Origin: Basidiobolus meristosporus CBS 931.73
Taxonomy: Eukaryota; Fungi; Basidiobolomycota
NCBI GenBank assembly: GCA_002104905.1
Contig: MCFE01000078.1
Span: 62,001-126,000, forward strand
DNA: 64,000 bases
Reading direction: 5' to 3'
The number at the start of each line of letters is the position of its first letter. The first letter of the stretch is position 1. Made by a program: the position numbers and the translations under genes. Shown here piece after piece: positions 1-11,653 of this stretch. A model generated the notes under the pieces. That model saw nothing but the letters and a program-made list of their open reading frames with translations. It was not told where the DNA came from and made no database searches.

Positions 1-563
1 AACTCCATACTGGCTGCATTTTTCCGCCAACTGCCGAAGGTTGTACATTACTTATAATCCTACACCCATCTACTGTGCTGGGCAGTGTAACATGACGAAT
101 GGAGCCTTATCACCACTTGCTTGATGTCATTTCTAGGCCTTAATAGTAGGGCTGGTTCTAAATTTGGACGCCAATGATAATTCTGGATATAATCATTCAT
201 TTTCGTAAGTTGACGTGCTACGATCCATATTAATGGCGATGGCTCATACGTTTATTTATTCTTGGCGTATATTATTGACCTTACCCTGCCTTATCTAAAC
301 AATCGTGGAGTCGAGGCTGGCCAATACGAAAGCCTGAAATGCTAATTTGTTTCTCAATATTTATTAGACAATATTAATAGCAGGTGTAACGATTAATTAT
401 TGGACATTTAGTAGACAAGTTGGGTTGACATACCAATTTCGAGAGAGGATATCAAAGAAAGGAACAAGGAGTCGGATGAGATTAAGGAAAAATACAATAG
501 AAAGAGTGGGAGGGATTGTGAAATGCCAAAGAAATAAAATATCTATGCTATTATATTATGGGA

Positions 564-2189
564 TTAAGCGTGATTACTGACTTTGAGAAGCATTCTATCG
601 CCTATTTCATTGATTTGCTCTAAAGCCCAGTCCAAATCCTCCTTGGTATGTGCGGATGAGAGGCAGAAGCGAACTCGGCCGCTTACAATAGGTGTCGCGG
701 GATAGGCTACGACCACAACAGCAATTCCACGCGCGAGACACTCACGAGAGAATGCTGGGATCTTAGCAGGGTTAAACAACATCAAAGGAACAACAGGTGA
801 CTGTTCGTGACCATAAATGATGAATCCCATTTCTCTAAGTCTCTTGGCGAAGTAACGGCCGTTAAACGCAAGAGTATCCAATCGCTTTTTACCATCGTCG
901 GATCCATCCTCACCCATAATGATGGTCATCGAGGTAATCACTTGCTGGAGAACTGGGACCGACATTGGCTCGGCATAAACAGAGGAATGGCAAGTAAGGC
1001 GAAGATGATCAATCAAATTCTTGTTGCCAGCAATGTAGCCTCCAGCAGCACCGAAGCTCTTGGTGAAAGTTCCCATCAAGATGTCAACCTCGGCAGGGTC
1101 AACTCCCCAGAAGTCACAAACACCTCTACCTTTAGGGCCCAAAGCACCAATAGAGTGAGCCTCGTCGACATAGAGGTAGAACTTGTACTTCTTCTTCAAT
1201 TCAATAATCTCGGGAAGGCGAACAATGTTGCCTTCCATACTGTATAGACCTTCCACGATAACCATGATCTTCTTCCATGGGCGGTGTGTACGTGGTTGAC
1301 CTTGAGAGATAGACTCACGGAGTACGTTCTCCAAGCTCTCCATACTGTTGTGCGTGAAAACGCGGATAGCAGCTCCGGATAATCTGGCACCGCTCACGAT
1401 AGAAGAATGATTGAGCTCATCAGAGATGATCAAGCACCCTTTAGAAAGAAGAGAAGGAAGTGTGGTAGAGTTGGTGGCAAATCCCATGCTAACGATAATA
1501 GCATCCTCCTTGCCAACAAAGCGGGCGACCAATGCTTCGGCTTCCTGATGGAGTTGAGTAGTTCCAGCCTCCATACGGCTACTGGCGAGTGAAATACCGT
1601 ACTTGCGAATGGACTCCTCAACTGCATCTGCGCAAGCACCTTCACTTTGAGCGAAACCCAGGTAATTGTAGGAGGACAGATTCAGAACACTACGTGTTTT
1701 GCCGGTGTATCTGAAGGTGGTATTGAAGTCGTGACTGACACGTTCAATGAGAGTTAGAGTGCGACCAGGAACACCAGTAATGGGGCGGTTGAAGCAATCA
1801 CTAATACGACGGTACAGGCGACGACGGTAGAAAGATTCAAAATCCGAGAGGACGGGAGCATAGCCATTCTGGAAAGTGAACGGAACATACTCGGCGCTCT
1901 TAAACCTCTTTCCGAAAAAGTCACGAATATGGCCAAACATGATAAGAACAATGTAGCCGAAGTATGTAGAAATCAAGATGAACAGTGGCACATTCTCAAG
2001 CTCGTCAGGCTCAGACTTGGATACTGGCAGAGACGCAGTGGCAGTAGACTCCGCACTGGTTCTTTCGAAAGTGGTATCATTTTCTTTTAGAAGAGGTGGA
2101 GTGAGAAGCTCTTTGCCAGAGTGAAGATTTGTCTCGGTTATTGGGGAGCTTTTGAGGAATTCAAGGTTGGCTCTCTTGCCTTTACCCAT
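564..2189 (-). CDS. LCB2: Serine palmitoyltransferase catalytic subunit (LCB2/SPTLC2), single exon, 541 aa
   Basis: Class II PLP aminotransferase motifs: LNLSSYNYLGF, DELNHSS, VDEAHSIGA, and the PLP-lysine motif GTFTKSFG. Confidence 0.97.
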   Translation of the reverse strand: MGKGKRANLEFLKSSPITETNLHSGKELLTPPLLKENDTTFERTSAESTATASLPVSKSEPDELENVPLFILISTYFGYIVLIMFGHIRDFFGKRFKSAEYVPFTFQNGYAPVLSDFESFYRRRLYRRISDCFNRPITGVPGRTLTLIERVSHDFNTTFRYTGKTRSVLNLSSYNYLGFAQSEGACADAVEESIRKYGISLASSRMEAGTTQLHQEAEALVARFVGKEDAIIVSMGFATNSTTLPSLLSKGCLIISDELNHSSIVSGARLSGAAIRVFTHNSMESLENVLRESISQGQPRTHRPWKKIMVIVEGLYSMEGNIVRLPEIIELKKKYKFYLYVDEAHSIGALGPKGRGVCDFWGVDPAEVDILMGTFTKSFGAAGGYIAGNKNLIDHLRLTCHSSVYAEPMSVPVLQQVITSMTIIMGEDGSDDGKKRLDTLAFNGRYFAKRLREMGFIIYGHEQSPVVPLMLFNPAKIPAFSRECLARGIAVVVVAYPATPIVSGRVRFCLSSAHTKEDLDWALEQINEIGDRMLLKVSNHA

Positions 2190-5157
2190 GTTGTGGAGTG
2201 ATGAACGGAATTAGAAGATTAAAGAAGGCAAGTAAAAATCCTAAAGAAGGATATAAAAGGAATGGATATCAAGGAAATCAGAGAAGAGGATATGTAGACT
2301 CAGGTGGGCAGTGACCTTGTAAATATATGGACGAAATACCCCGAGATTTTTTTCACCACTCTTAGCTAAGATCAATACAACCCCAAATTATTCGGCAAGA
2401 AAGGGGAAAATAAGCCGTTCAGGGAAACAATGATCTTGTAGATCGGCAAATTACTGAAGAATATTGCTAAGCAACATACACACAATAGCAATGGGCAGCG
2501 ATGGACACTACGGATTGTATATCATGAGGGTTAGGCAGGTTTCATGCGTGACCGATGTTTACCTTGGCCATGTAGGAAAACTGCCTTCCACATATTCATA
2601 CACCAAGTTGCACATGCTAATCGATTTTCAGCTGAATTGAAATGCAGTACACGAATAAAGATTTATTAATCAGCATTTGATAGTGTATTCAGAGTGTTGA
2701 TTGGTCTGCACGACTCCCCAATTTCCACCCTAATGTCTTTTTAGGGAGGGAAGGGTATCCGATCGTCGGATTTATTGAGCTGCTGTACATTTGGGTCACT
2801 GTCAAGCCATTGGTGAGGAGGGCGTTCATGACGATTTGTGAACATGAGGAATGAATTCTGTCATACCCATATTAGTACAAGTCCTTGGCCTGGTTGACCT
2901 CTCAATACTTGGTCCCTACAAATATTCTGTGCTACTGATGATATTATAAACTCAGCCTTCTAATATATACGTTATTTAGGAAGCATGATTGATTCCCCTT
3001 CCGTGTGTATGTCTAGACTACGTTTCGAAAGGGTTGGTATCTCTTTGCATTAAACCCTTCCTAGGCCGGCCCTTATCTGACATCTAATTAGTATTAATAA
3101 GCAGCATTTAATTATTTTAATTGCTATCATTCTAGCTAGGTTTACCTTAACTATGATTCTACTCACATGTATGCCAGGCCTTAGAATACCTCACGGTGTC
3201 GCGGGTAGTTGGTGCTCGTGCCGGCATATTATTTGTAATAAAGCAATAGCCTTTCGCTCATTTAAATCGTACCACCCAGTTGAATGCTCTTAGAGAAGGG
3301 CTGTGCCGATTACAAATGCGGATTTGCTTGCCACTCAGGCCCATGTGTATATCCGCAATAAAATTATACAAGTTCTAAACCAGAAGCCATGTCTTCTCTG
3401 AGACAGCCCCTTAAAATGAGCAGCATCCCCTTCATTGTGGATCCATTCCATAAGTATATGCCAGGCAGCTTCATATATTGCAATTGGACAACATAGCGGA
3501 CCTCTTTCGGCAGAAATGACAACCCAGTTGCCGCTACGAATAGTATTGGTAACTCGCCAATTACTCTCATTCGTGAATCAACTTCCTATATCTCACCGGC
3601 AGCATTCGGTAAACGTCGTGTCCTCTTTAGAGGCAGACCGGTGGAGTTGATATTTAATATTCCATAATGGGCCGAATGTGGCTTACAAGCTTAAAGGTTA
3701 TAAGATTTTCCACTACCCAGTGCGCTCCAAAGGGGTACATTTTGCAGAAGGCTCATCAAGAGTTAATTTAGTTAAATTGTTGGTGCAACACACAAATTAA
3801 TTGATTGTATGACATCTTGGGCTGGTGAAATTGGGACAGAGTTCCGGAGCGTTAAATATGATTTTCGCAATCACTCTTCATCATCTTGTGAGGTTAACAA
3901 AGTTAGGCAAAATAGATAAAATCGCTTATGGCGAGTGGAAATTAGGCCAAGTATAACGGCCATTCCAAATCTGGGTATTGCATCATTGTATGTTGGAATC
4001 AGATTAGCGATTGCTCATAAAGGGAATGGTTATGTATCCTAAACTCAAAATCGGCCTCTTGGAGGCGTAGTTGAGCCACCTCTTGTTGGGTTTACTAAAT
4101 CACACCTAGTGGCATCAGATTAATGACATAACCATCCCAATAGAGAATACGCTGTAAATGCGAAAAACACGGCAGGTAGCGCGACCATCTTCGTCAAATA
4201 ATGCTGGATTGAAACCCACCCATAGCGTCGTGGACTCTTGCGCACGCCCCGCTAGTAGAGCATCTGAGTTATTCCCAAAGAAACTTGTGCTGAGGCTTCA
4301 TTGGAGGAATTACTTGGTTGGCTTTGGGAATTCCTATGGACTGGTCGAACCAAGACTCACCGCTAAAGCCTAGCCTATCTTAGCCAGTTCATGTTTAGCG
4401 AAGGTGAATTGAAGCTGGTTAACTTAACAACCATTACGTATGCGGTTGGAGCTTATCAACACCAGTAACTTTATGCTTGAATAAAGGAGGGCACCCTTGT
4501 GAGAACAACTATATTTAGCACTGTCAAAAATCAACATGACCTTAATCTGACAATGTGCAGCTTTGGTAACAAGTTTCACTTGGGCTGTTAATATGGCCAA
4601 TGGCATACCAACATGCGTATCTCATATTTGGGCGCTACCGCGGCTGGATAGCATTGCTATTAATATCCATCACATCACTAGAAATCCAGTGCTTAGATGT
4701 ATCTCAGATGTCCAAGGCTTTGCGTAGCATAAGTATACCACAACCAGCCAAAGGTTCAGTTATCTCTGAGATCTGGTGATACCGCCGTTGCTGTGAGTCC
4801 ACTCTTGAAATTAGGCTTTACAAATGAGGGGCATCAATGCTATCTATGGTATGAACTGAAACCTCCAAAAATATAATCCTCAAGGTGAAATATCGATTGA
4901 TATCTGAAACAACGGTCCAAGATTTCTTAAATGGGACCAGTTTGTTATGATATTGATGATAGGAGAACAAAGTAATATGGCAAAGGTTAACTGTTCATTG
5001 GCTAGTGAACATTAAGATTGCTCTTTTGTTGATGGAACGATCAGTTGGTTTTGGGGAAAGGTGAAGGGGAAAGCGCAAGGGGATCATTTTAAAAAGGCTG
5101 ACTCTCCCCTTTCAGTCTACAGCATTCGCACACGAAACACATATCAATCATCGTATC

Positions 5158-5796
5158 ATGGCTTCTCCTCTTTTCTCGCCCAAGTTGATCTCTCAGGAGA
5201 TTCAATCCAAACTTCCGGAGGGTTTCGTTATCAGACCACTTCAAATTGATGACTACGAAAAGGGCTTTCTTGAAACTCTGTCCCAGTTGACTGTGGTCGG
5301 AGACTACGGCAAAGATAAATTCATTGAGAGATATGAGTATATGAAAAAGCATAATCACGAATACTTCACCATCGTTATTGAAAACACCAAGGAAAAGCGT
5401 ATCTTTGCTGCTGGCACAGTACTAATTGAAAGAAAGTTCATCCGAGGTGCTGGTTTGGTAAGTATCATTTAGCAAGGCTTGTCCATCGATGCTATTTTAA
5501 CCAGGTGTTCTCTAGGTTGGTCATATTGAAGATATCGTTGTTCACAAGGGGGCTCGTGGCCTCAACTTTGGCAAATGGTACGTAATAGCTGGTTGGCTAC
5601 GGAACTAACTTGGCGCTAACTCATCGAATGCAGGATAATTCTTCAGCTCAAGCACATTGGAGCCTCGGTCGGATGCTACAAAATCATCTTAGATTGCTCC
5701 AAAGACAACATCCCCTTTTACGAGAAGTGTGGTTTTGATCATAAGGAATATGAGATGGTTTGGTATTGTAAGGATGCCGTCAAAGCTAAACTCTAA
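5158..5796 (+). CDS. GNA1: Glucosamine-6-phosphate N-acetyltransferase, 174 aa, join(5158..5457,5516..5577,5634..5796)
   Basis: Motifs IRPL..DY.KGFLETLSQLT, IERKFI, GHIEDIVV..GARG..FGK, GCYKIILDC and FYEKCGF. Two GT-AG introns restore one frame (525 nt). The protein ends ...VKAKL*. Confidence 0.95.
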
Positions 5797-7470
5797 ATTA
5801 GATTACTGTACAATGATCAAACAGCTACCCTTCTATACTGTATTCTGCTTTTAATCTACAGAGCTCCACGTTAATATACACCGTGGTTGACTGCTCACAA
5901 CTTCAAGGTGATTGATATCTAGTAAAATCACGTCACTTGTTTCATTTACATCTAAGCGCCCTTGTCATCCCATCAAATAAACGGATATGAGACTTGATAT
6001 TTTTGGTAGTTGGTTTCAAGGTCAAGCAATTGCCACATCCTAAACCTGGAATGCATGGCAATTGGTGAGAATGTGTTTCATGCAATTGGGCTCCAACATC
6101 GTGGAAAACGGTGCTACATCTGTGATATGTATTAGGTACAAGAAGTTGGGCACCATGCGTAAGAGCATTTACCTCTGTAATGCTGAATATCATATCTGCC
6201 GGTGCTTCATACTAGTTGGTTTCTGCTCAGCGAATCCCCATGAAAATCCGTCCGCTTCCCAGCTGTGTGCTTCAGAGGCACTGCTGGCATTGCCAAGAAA
6301 TATAATCCAAGACTACTGATGATTATCATTAAAATACATCTGTATGCTTGACGTGTGCAGCGAGAATTGATGGGAAAATGCATCAATTAATTGACCTTAA
6401 ATATCAGGTGATACTTATCGGGTCCAGTGGTAAATAGTTGGGTTTGCAACCAATAACTGTTACAATCTCCATACAATTCTAATTCGTAATACAGCCACTA
6501 GTCTGCAAGGCTGGCAATTGTCTAGTATATATGATTGAAAATCATGAATGATCAAATTTCAACAAGTGAACAGTACCCTCACAAGATTCTTCAATTATAT
6601 GGCGTTGTGTAGAGCTACGACTAAGCATATGGTGTATAAGACCATTAATGGAGGACAAATGCAGACCTTGGAGACTCGTAGGCGGCTTGCTTTAGTATAT
6701 AAGCCCTATTTTGGTAAGTCTCCCATGTTACCCTGCAATGTATAAGAATAAGTACTTTAAAGGTGGAAAGTCTGTTTTTATGCCAAGGTACAATGAGAAA
6801 ATTTACAAGCTCTTGTGGCTATCAGGCAGTTTTTATTAGCTTGATTTTGTTGAACAATATTCGGGAATGGTTTCATACAAATCTTCTACAAAACTACCAA
6901 CCTTTGTCATACATTCTCCAACACATTCCAGATTGTCAATAGGTATGTCTCCAGTTTGTTTGCACAGTAATCCTGAACATCCAATTTCCAAATACCTGGT
7001 GAATGTAAAGCTCTCAAGCGAAATTAATTTCCAAACTTAAACCAATTTGCAAAAAACTGACTCAATACAACATGATGATGTTCGAATCGTTTGGTGGAAT
7101 ACGAACTGCTTGAAATGTTATTGTGCATAGGCAACAAAGCTGATTATTATTTTGCTAACTTCATAAGTGTCCAGACAACTTTGTATCCACTTGATGAAAA
7201 TTGAGACAAGCATAAAAGTGCCAAACCTATCTCTATGTACTATGATGCTGACTTGGGATTTGTTAAAATCCCTGAAGCGCGTAGATTTGAATAATCTAGA
7301 AGGGACGATGTGTACATATATATAGTATCAGCACTATTTTTGGTTCATAATTTCATGCATGTTTGGGTACAGGAAGGTAGAAATTCCATGGTTAATGGTC
7401 AATAGGGTCCCATAACCACTCCCAATATTCAACCTCATATTTAATAATGTGATTTACTTCCGTAATAAGC

Positions 7471-7635
7471 ATACTTACCTGGCAGGGACAGTCCGTGATC
7501 AAGTAGGCGGGCTGTTCGTTTTAGAACTTGGGCATTGCACAGCGTCCCAGGGTCTTTAACGCGAACATCTTTCGGGGTGTCTCGACTGTTAAATTTTTGT
7601 TTGTGGGAGGTGAGCGCTATGCGCCGCCTCCTGCC
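7471..7635 (+). ncRNA. U1: U1 spliceosomal snRNA
   Basis: Starts ATACTTACCTGG. Stem I GGACAGTCCGT/GCGGGCTGTTC closes loop GATCAAGTAG (U1-70K site). Loop II is CATTGCAC (U1A site). Helix H is GCAG/CTGT, followed by Sm site AATTTTTG and a GC-rich terminal hairpin GGGAGGTG...CGCCTCCT. Confidence 0.95.
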
Positions 7636-7695
7636 ATTCTCCATTTTATTGCTAAATCCCTGGAACTTTTTAAGACAATGAAGTTTAAATATGAT

Positions 7696-8952
7696 TTAAT
7701 TTGCATGAGCTTTGTTGACCTTATCTTCCTTTTTGATCTCATCATTGAGTTCCTGAAGCTCCTTAACATATTGTTTGGTGAAAACATCGAAGTAGTATGT
7801 ACTTCCGTTCCACAAACTGATCAGCGAGATACCTAATAAAAAGGCTGTATGGAGCCAAAAGTATCGATATAGCAAGATGGTTGGTAACATGGTGACAAGT
7901 GCGTAGATAAGCTGCATCCCCATGAACGTATAAATCTTGTACTTGTCTCCAAAAACCGCCGCAGTCTGGCCGATCTTTGATTTTCTATCCTCAAGTAGCC
8001 ACGTAATCGAAGTAGCCCTCTTGCCTTGGAAGACCTTCTCCTTTCTTCCAACCAATATGAAGATATAGTACAATACTTGCCATATGCCATATATCAGAAG
8101 TGAAAACAATATAGCATCAATAAATCTAACGGGATCTTCGATGCCTTTGTTCTTCTGTTGGTTAGCATAGGAGCCGTAACGCTCCATCCTTTGCGCCGAT
8201 ATGGGTATTAGCCAGCGGATGGTGTAAAGGGTGAATGGGGGTGCAATGTGAATGAAAGTGGATGTGACTTTGTCTAGAGAGTGAAATACCAAGGAGTTCC
8301 TCCACGCTACAACCGCCCATAATATTGGTCCGTGAGACAGGCAAAAGGCTGCACTAAAGATGTAGGCATTTTTGGGAAACACCCACAGATAGAAAATCAC
8401 CAGGACATTAACAAAGTAGCACAGGTCAAATACGAAATAATGCCAAGCCTTCGATTTGTATATCACAAAACGAAGAAATACCAAACCAACAGCCCAGAAG
8501 GTATACCATTCTGGCATCCAGGCAGGTATCCTTCCGACTAGATAGGCCACTGAGAATATGTTACTGACACCCAAGACAAAGGAAATCTTATCCCTTAATC
8601 TGATTACGTGTTTCTCCTGCCATTTGCGGGCCATCTTCTCCCGTTGCTCCACTAGCTTGATCTTTTTCTGAAGACGCTCGCGGGATTCCTTGTCGAGCTT
8701 GGCTTTCTTCAAGAGGTTATTATAGGTTTCATCAAGTTTTTTACTCCAATCATTCCGCTTCGCCTGCATGGCCTCTTTTGTGTGAAGTGGGATCTGGTTA
8801 ACCAAGGCCAAAAGGATATTGTCAAACAAGGAGAATTGCTCCTCGGACCAGATATCATCAAAGTCTGTATCTGACATGGAGCTGTTGGTTGGCGAAGGAG
8901 GAATCTGCCTGAGTTCAGCGTCAGGCTTGTCTGGAAAGGAGGCTTCGTTCAT
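7696..8952 (-). CDS. GPC1: Glycerophosphocholine acyltransferase (Gpc1/DUF2838 family), multi-pass membrane protein, 418 aa
   Basis: Motifs YFVFDLCYFVN, WRNSLVFHSLDKVTSTFIH and SLWNGSTYYFDVF, with multiple hydrophobic segments. Confidence 0.85.
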   Translation of the reverse strand: MNEASFPDKPDAELRQIPPSPTNSSMSDTDFDDIWSEEQFSLFDNILLALVNQIPLHTKEAMQAKRNDWSKKLDETYNNLLKKAKLDKESRERLQKKIKLVEQREKMARKWQEKHVIRLRDKISFVLGVSNIFSVAYLVGRIPAWMPEWYTFWAVGLVFLRFVIYKSKAWHYFVFDLCYFVNVLVIFYLWVFPKNAYIFSAAFCLSHGPILWAVVAWRNSLVFHSLDKVTSTFIHIAPPFTLYTIRWLIPISAQRMERYGSYANQQKNKGIEDPVRFIDAILFSLLIYGIWQVLYYIFILVGRKEKVFQGKRATSITWLLEDRKSKIGQTAAVFGDKYKIYTFMGMQLIYALVTMLPTILLYRYFWLHTAFLLGISLISLWNGSTYYFDVFTKQYVKELQELNDEIKKEDKVNKAHAN

Positions 8953-9225
8953 TATGTGATGAGAGCTTGTGGTAAGCTGTAATAGCGAATGTCAATTCTT
9001 TTCCCATAATAACTCCATTTGAGTCAACCAATTAGCGACTTGGAGTCCATGATACATCATAATTACGTATTACCATATTTGTAGCACGCTTCTGGTAACT
9101 AGATTGGAGATGTCGGATAATTGCAGTCGGACAGCAGCGGGTTGTCCGGCTAAAAGTGATAACCTCAAAATTATAAAAACATGTATTGCGGCCCTTACAA
9201 TACACTACATCCAATACCTTACAAC

Positions 9226-9942
9226 ATGTTCCGTAGAAAATTGTTTACCATTCCACTTTATGGAGCTTCAGCTATAGGCTTAGGTGCTGTGTCTGCCGGC
9301 ATGTATTATAATCAGAGTGCGCTTAAAAAGGTGAACGAATTCTCAGGGGTGCCATCCTGGAGTTCACTGCATTCCTTAAAGGGCCCATTGAATAATAAAA
9401 CTGCTGAAGAGCAGATTTATCTCGATTCCTTCAGTATTCAAGTTCCCCAATCGCAGTTATCCACCCCTCATTCAACTGCTGATCAGGACAGATTGCTTAG
9501 CAACTATGCTCGTGCATTTTACACCTCCCCCGTGTTCAAATTTGAAAGATTCCTCCTTGGATTGTTCAAGGGATCTTCTCAAACTCCACCCGAAACGGAC
9601 AAGGATATTCTCTCCAAGAAGTTCCAAGTTGGCGACGTTGTTGCTGTTGAAACTTACCAAGTTTCTAAGCGGGATTCTAACCAGATTGAGTTCAAGTTCA
9701 GCCTACAGAAAGACGTGATTGACGGATCTAGTTGGCTGGCAGTCCAAGAGCCGGAGACCGAGGGAGGAGCCTATACCTTTTGGTTTGGCACAGCCATATA
9801 TCCAGCTAACAAGGAGCTAGCAGATTTTGAAAGTCGATTCAAATCAGACAATCTCGAGGCTCGCTTCCACAAACTATACTCCCGTGTCTTAATTGACATG
9901 GCAGTCAAAAAGCTAGCCTCCATGTATCCGCAAGCAGGATGA
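9226..9942 (+). CDS. Uncharacterised protein (~238 aa) with a basic, hydrophobic N-terminus
   Basis: Long protein-like ORF. The likely start is MFRRKLFTIPLYGASAIGLGAVSAG at 9226. It is head-to-head with GPC1. No family recognised. Confidence 0.7.
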   Translation: MFRRKLFTIPLYGASAIGLGAVSAGMYYNQSALKKVNEFSGVPSWSSLHSLKGPLNNKTAEEQIYLDSFSIQVPQSQLSTPHSTADQDRLLSNYARAFYTSPVFKFERFLLGLFKGSSQTPPETDKDILSKKFQVGDVVAVETYQVSKRDSNQIEFKFSLQKDVIDGSSWLAVQEPETEGGAYTFWFGTAIYPANKELADFESRFKSDNLEARFHKLYSRVLIDMAVKKLASMYPQAG

Positions 9943-10472
9943 TCAATAAAATCCAATCGACTCTCAAGCTAAGACTTCCCATGTTTACCTGCTTCACGAG
10001 AGGCTTGGGAAGATAGTGGTGGTGAAGCAGGTAAATAATCAGATCCGAAGATGTAGATTTATGTACATCTGATTGATATCGATGAAACACTCCCACACAT
10101 GTTTTTTAATCTCTGACAAAAGGTGTGATCAGGGCAGTGAAGGTCGGCTTATGGGAATAAGGTTAGTACCCAATACTTATCTGGAACCTGTTTGATAAAT
10201 GATTCCCACATGCTGCATTGATGTGAATGTTTACTCTGAATGCACGACGCCAGGTCGCTCTTCACCATATTCGACAGTATCTACGGGTTGTTTGTTCAGG
10301 TTAATAACGATGCCAATCAGTGTATAATGGTTGGGTTTTCCGCACAACAATATGCATACTGAGAGAGTATCAACATGCAAAGCTCGCATAGATATCGGGT
10401 TGGCTATACCAAAAGGTATCTGTAAATCAGAGTATCTCTGGTGTTACCCGACATTCATTCAATATATCAAAA

Positions 10473-11170
10473 ATGAAATCACAGCTGGCACTCGCTCTCC
10501 TCGCTTTCTCCTCCGTTATGGCACAAAATAATGGTCAAGCTGCCCAAGGTAAGTGAACCTGGGGTGCTACCGTGGGACTGTAAGAGATATGTTAAATAGA
10601 GGTGGTAGATTGTATGTCGAGATGTAATCAGGAAAGTTCTACGTGGGTCAACTGCGCCGCAGAATGTATGGGGGTCCCACACCCAACCACAAAGGATGAT
10701 ATGTTTCATTTACTTGCACTGGCCAGGTGTGTCTGATATCTCGTAGAAACACTTACTCATGTAATTCTCGATCCATAACTGTAGTACAAGATACTAGAGA
10801 TTGTTTCAATGAGTGCGGCCAAGCCGATGGAGGGTGTCAGAGTAATTGTATCAAAACGCATTTTGTTGAGGATGGTAATACAAAGGGTGAGTCTTCGGTC
10901 CAGCCCATTGATACAAACCCTACTACTACCGCTAGTACAGAGGGCTCGAAGACTACAAATACCTCAATTTCTTCAACAGGCGCTAATGTATCAACCACCA
11001 CTACCAGTAACCAGAGTTCAACAAGTTTAAATAAGCTATCGAGCACAGCAATGCCTACGGGTGTAGTTAAATCTACTGCAAACACTCTATCAAGTGGTGC
11101 AGCACTGAAAAAGATAATCATCGCAAGTGTAGGCCTGCTTTTAAGTGGACTAGTACGGATGCAGTACTAA
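10473..11170 (+). CDS. 8-Cys secreted, probably GPI-anchored Ser/Thr-rich protein, paralogue 1, join(10473..10548,10609..10698,10785..11170); intron 2 donor reads AT instead of GT
   Basis: Signal peptide MKSQLALALLAFSSVMA, then DCMSRC..WVNCAAECMGVPHP..QDTRDCFNEC..GGCQSNCIKTHF, an S/T tail and a hydrophobic C-terminus. Exon sizes match the other paralogues. Confidence 0.75.
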
Positions 11171-11610
11171 GCAGGTATTCATAGGGGGTGAGATAAAGGA
11201 AAGTAGATATGACAAGATATACCTGTTGATATGGTTATTTCTGAAATAAACACTATCATTCCCATAGATAGCCAACTGAGTTGTTTCCATTTTTCTGCAG
11301 ATTCATCAAAATATGTATATCAATGTGTGATACTTGCTTCAACATAAAAAACGAATCAATAAATATGAGCTATCAAAAGTTCTGACACAAGCAGCCAGTC
11401 ATAAAGCTTACAACAGTAGCATTCCAATAGTGCACGAAGCATGAGCCCAAGCACCGACCACTTTATTTGGAACAAGTGTTACACGAAAAAACTGACGTAC
11501 CCACTCTGGCTATTAATATGAATACAATGCTACACTGGTGTGCCTTTACTTATAATGGGGCTACATGAGAGTATACTGAAGATCCATACCATTTATGGTT
11601 GATCTGTAGT

Positions 11611-11618
11611 TATAAATA
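11611..11618 (+). promoter_or_regulatory. Candidate TATA box of the alcohol oxidase gene
   Basis: TATAAATA beginning 43 nt upstream of the ATG at 11654. Confidence 0.4.
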
Positions 11619-11653
11619 CAGTTGGAAGGACCTTGCCAGAGAGTATCAACACC

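Noticed and set aside
2491-2670. Possible tiny spliced gene (MGSDGHYGLYIMR...) with GT-AG-like segments
   Set aside because: Very short product, one implausibly short intron and no homology cue.
3320-3580. About 80 stop-free codons on the minus strand (SGNWVVISAERG...WHILMEW)
   Set aside because: No start, no convincing splice context and no family recognised. Worth a BLASTx only.
10699-10784. Treating the AT-started intron as U12-type
   Set aside because: ATATGT lacks the +5/+6 CC of the U12 donor, and paralogues have ordinary GT donors at this position.
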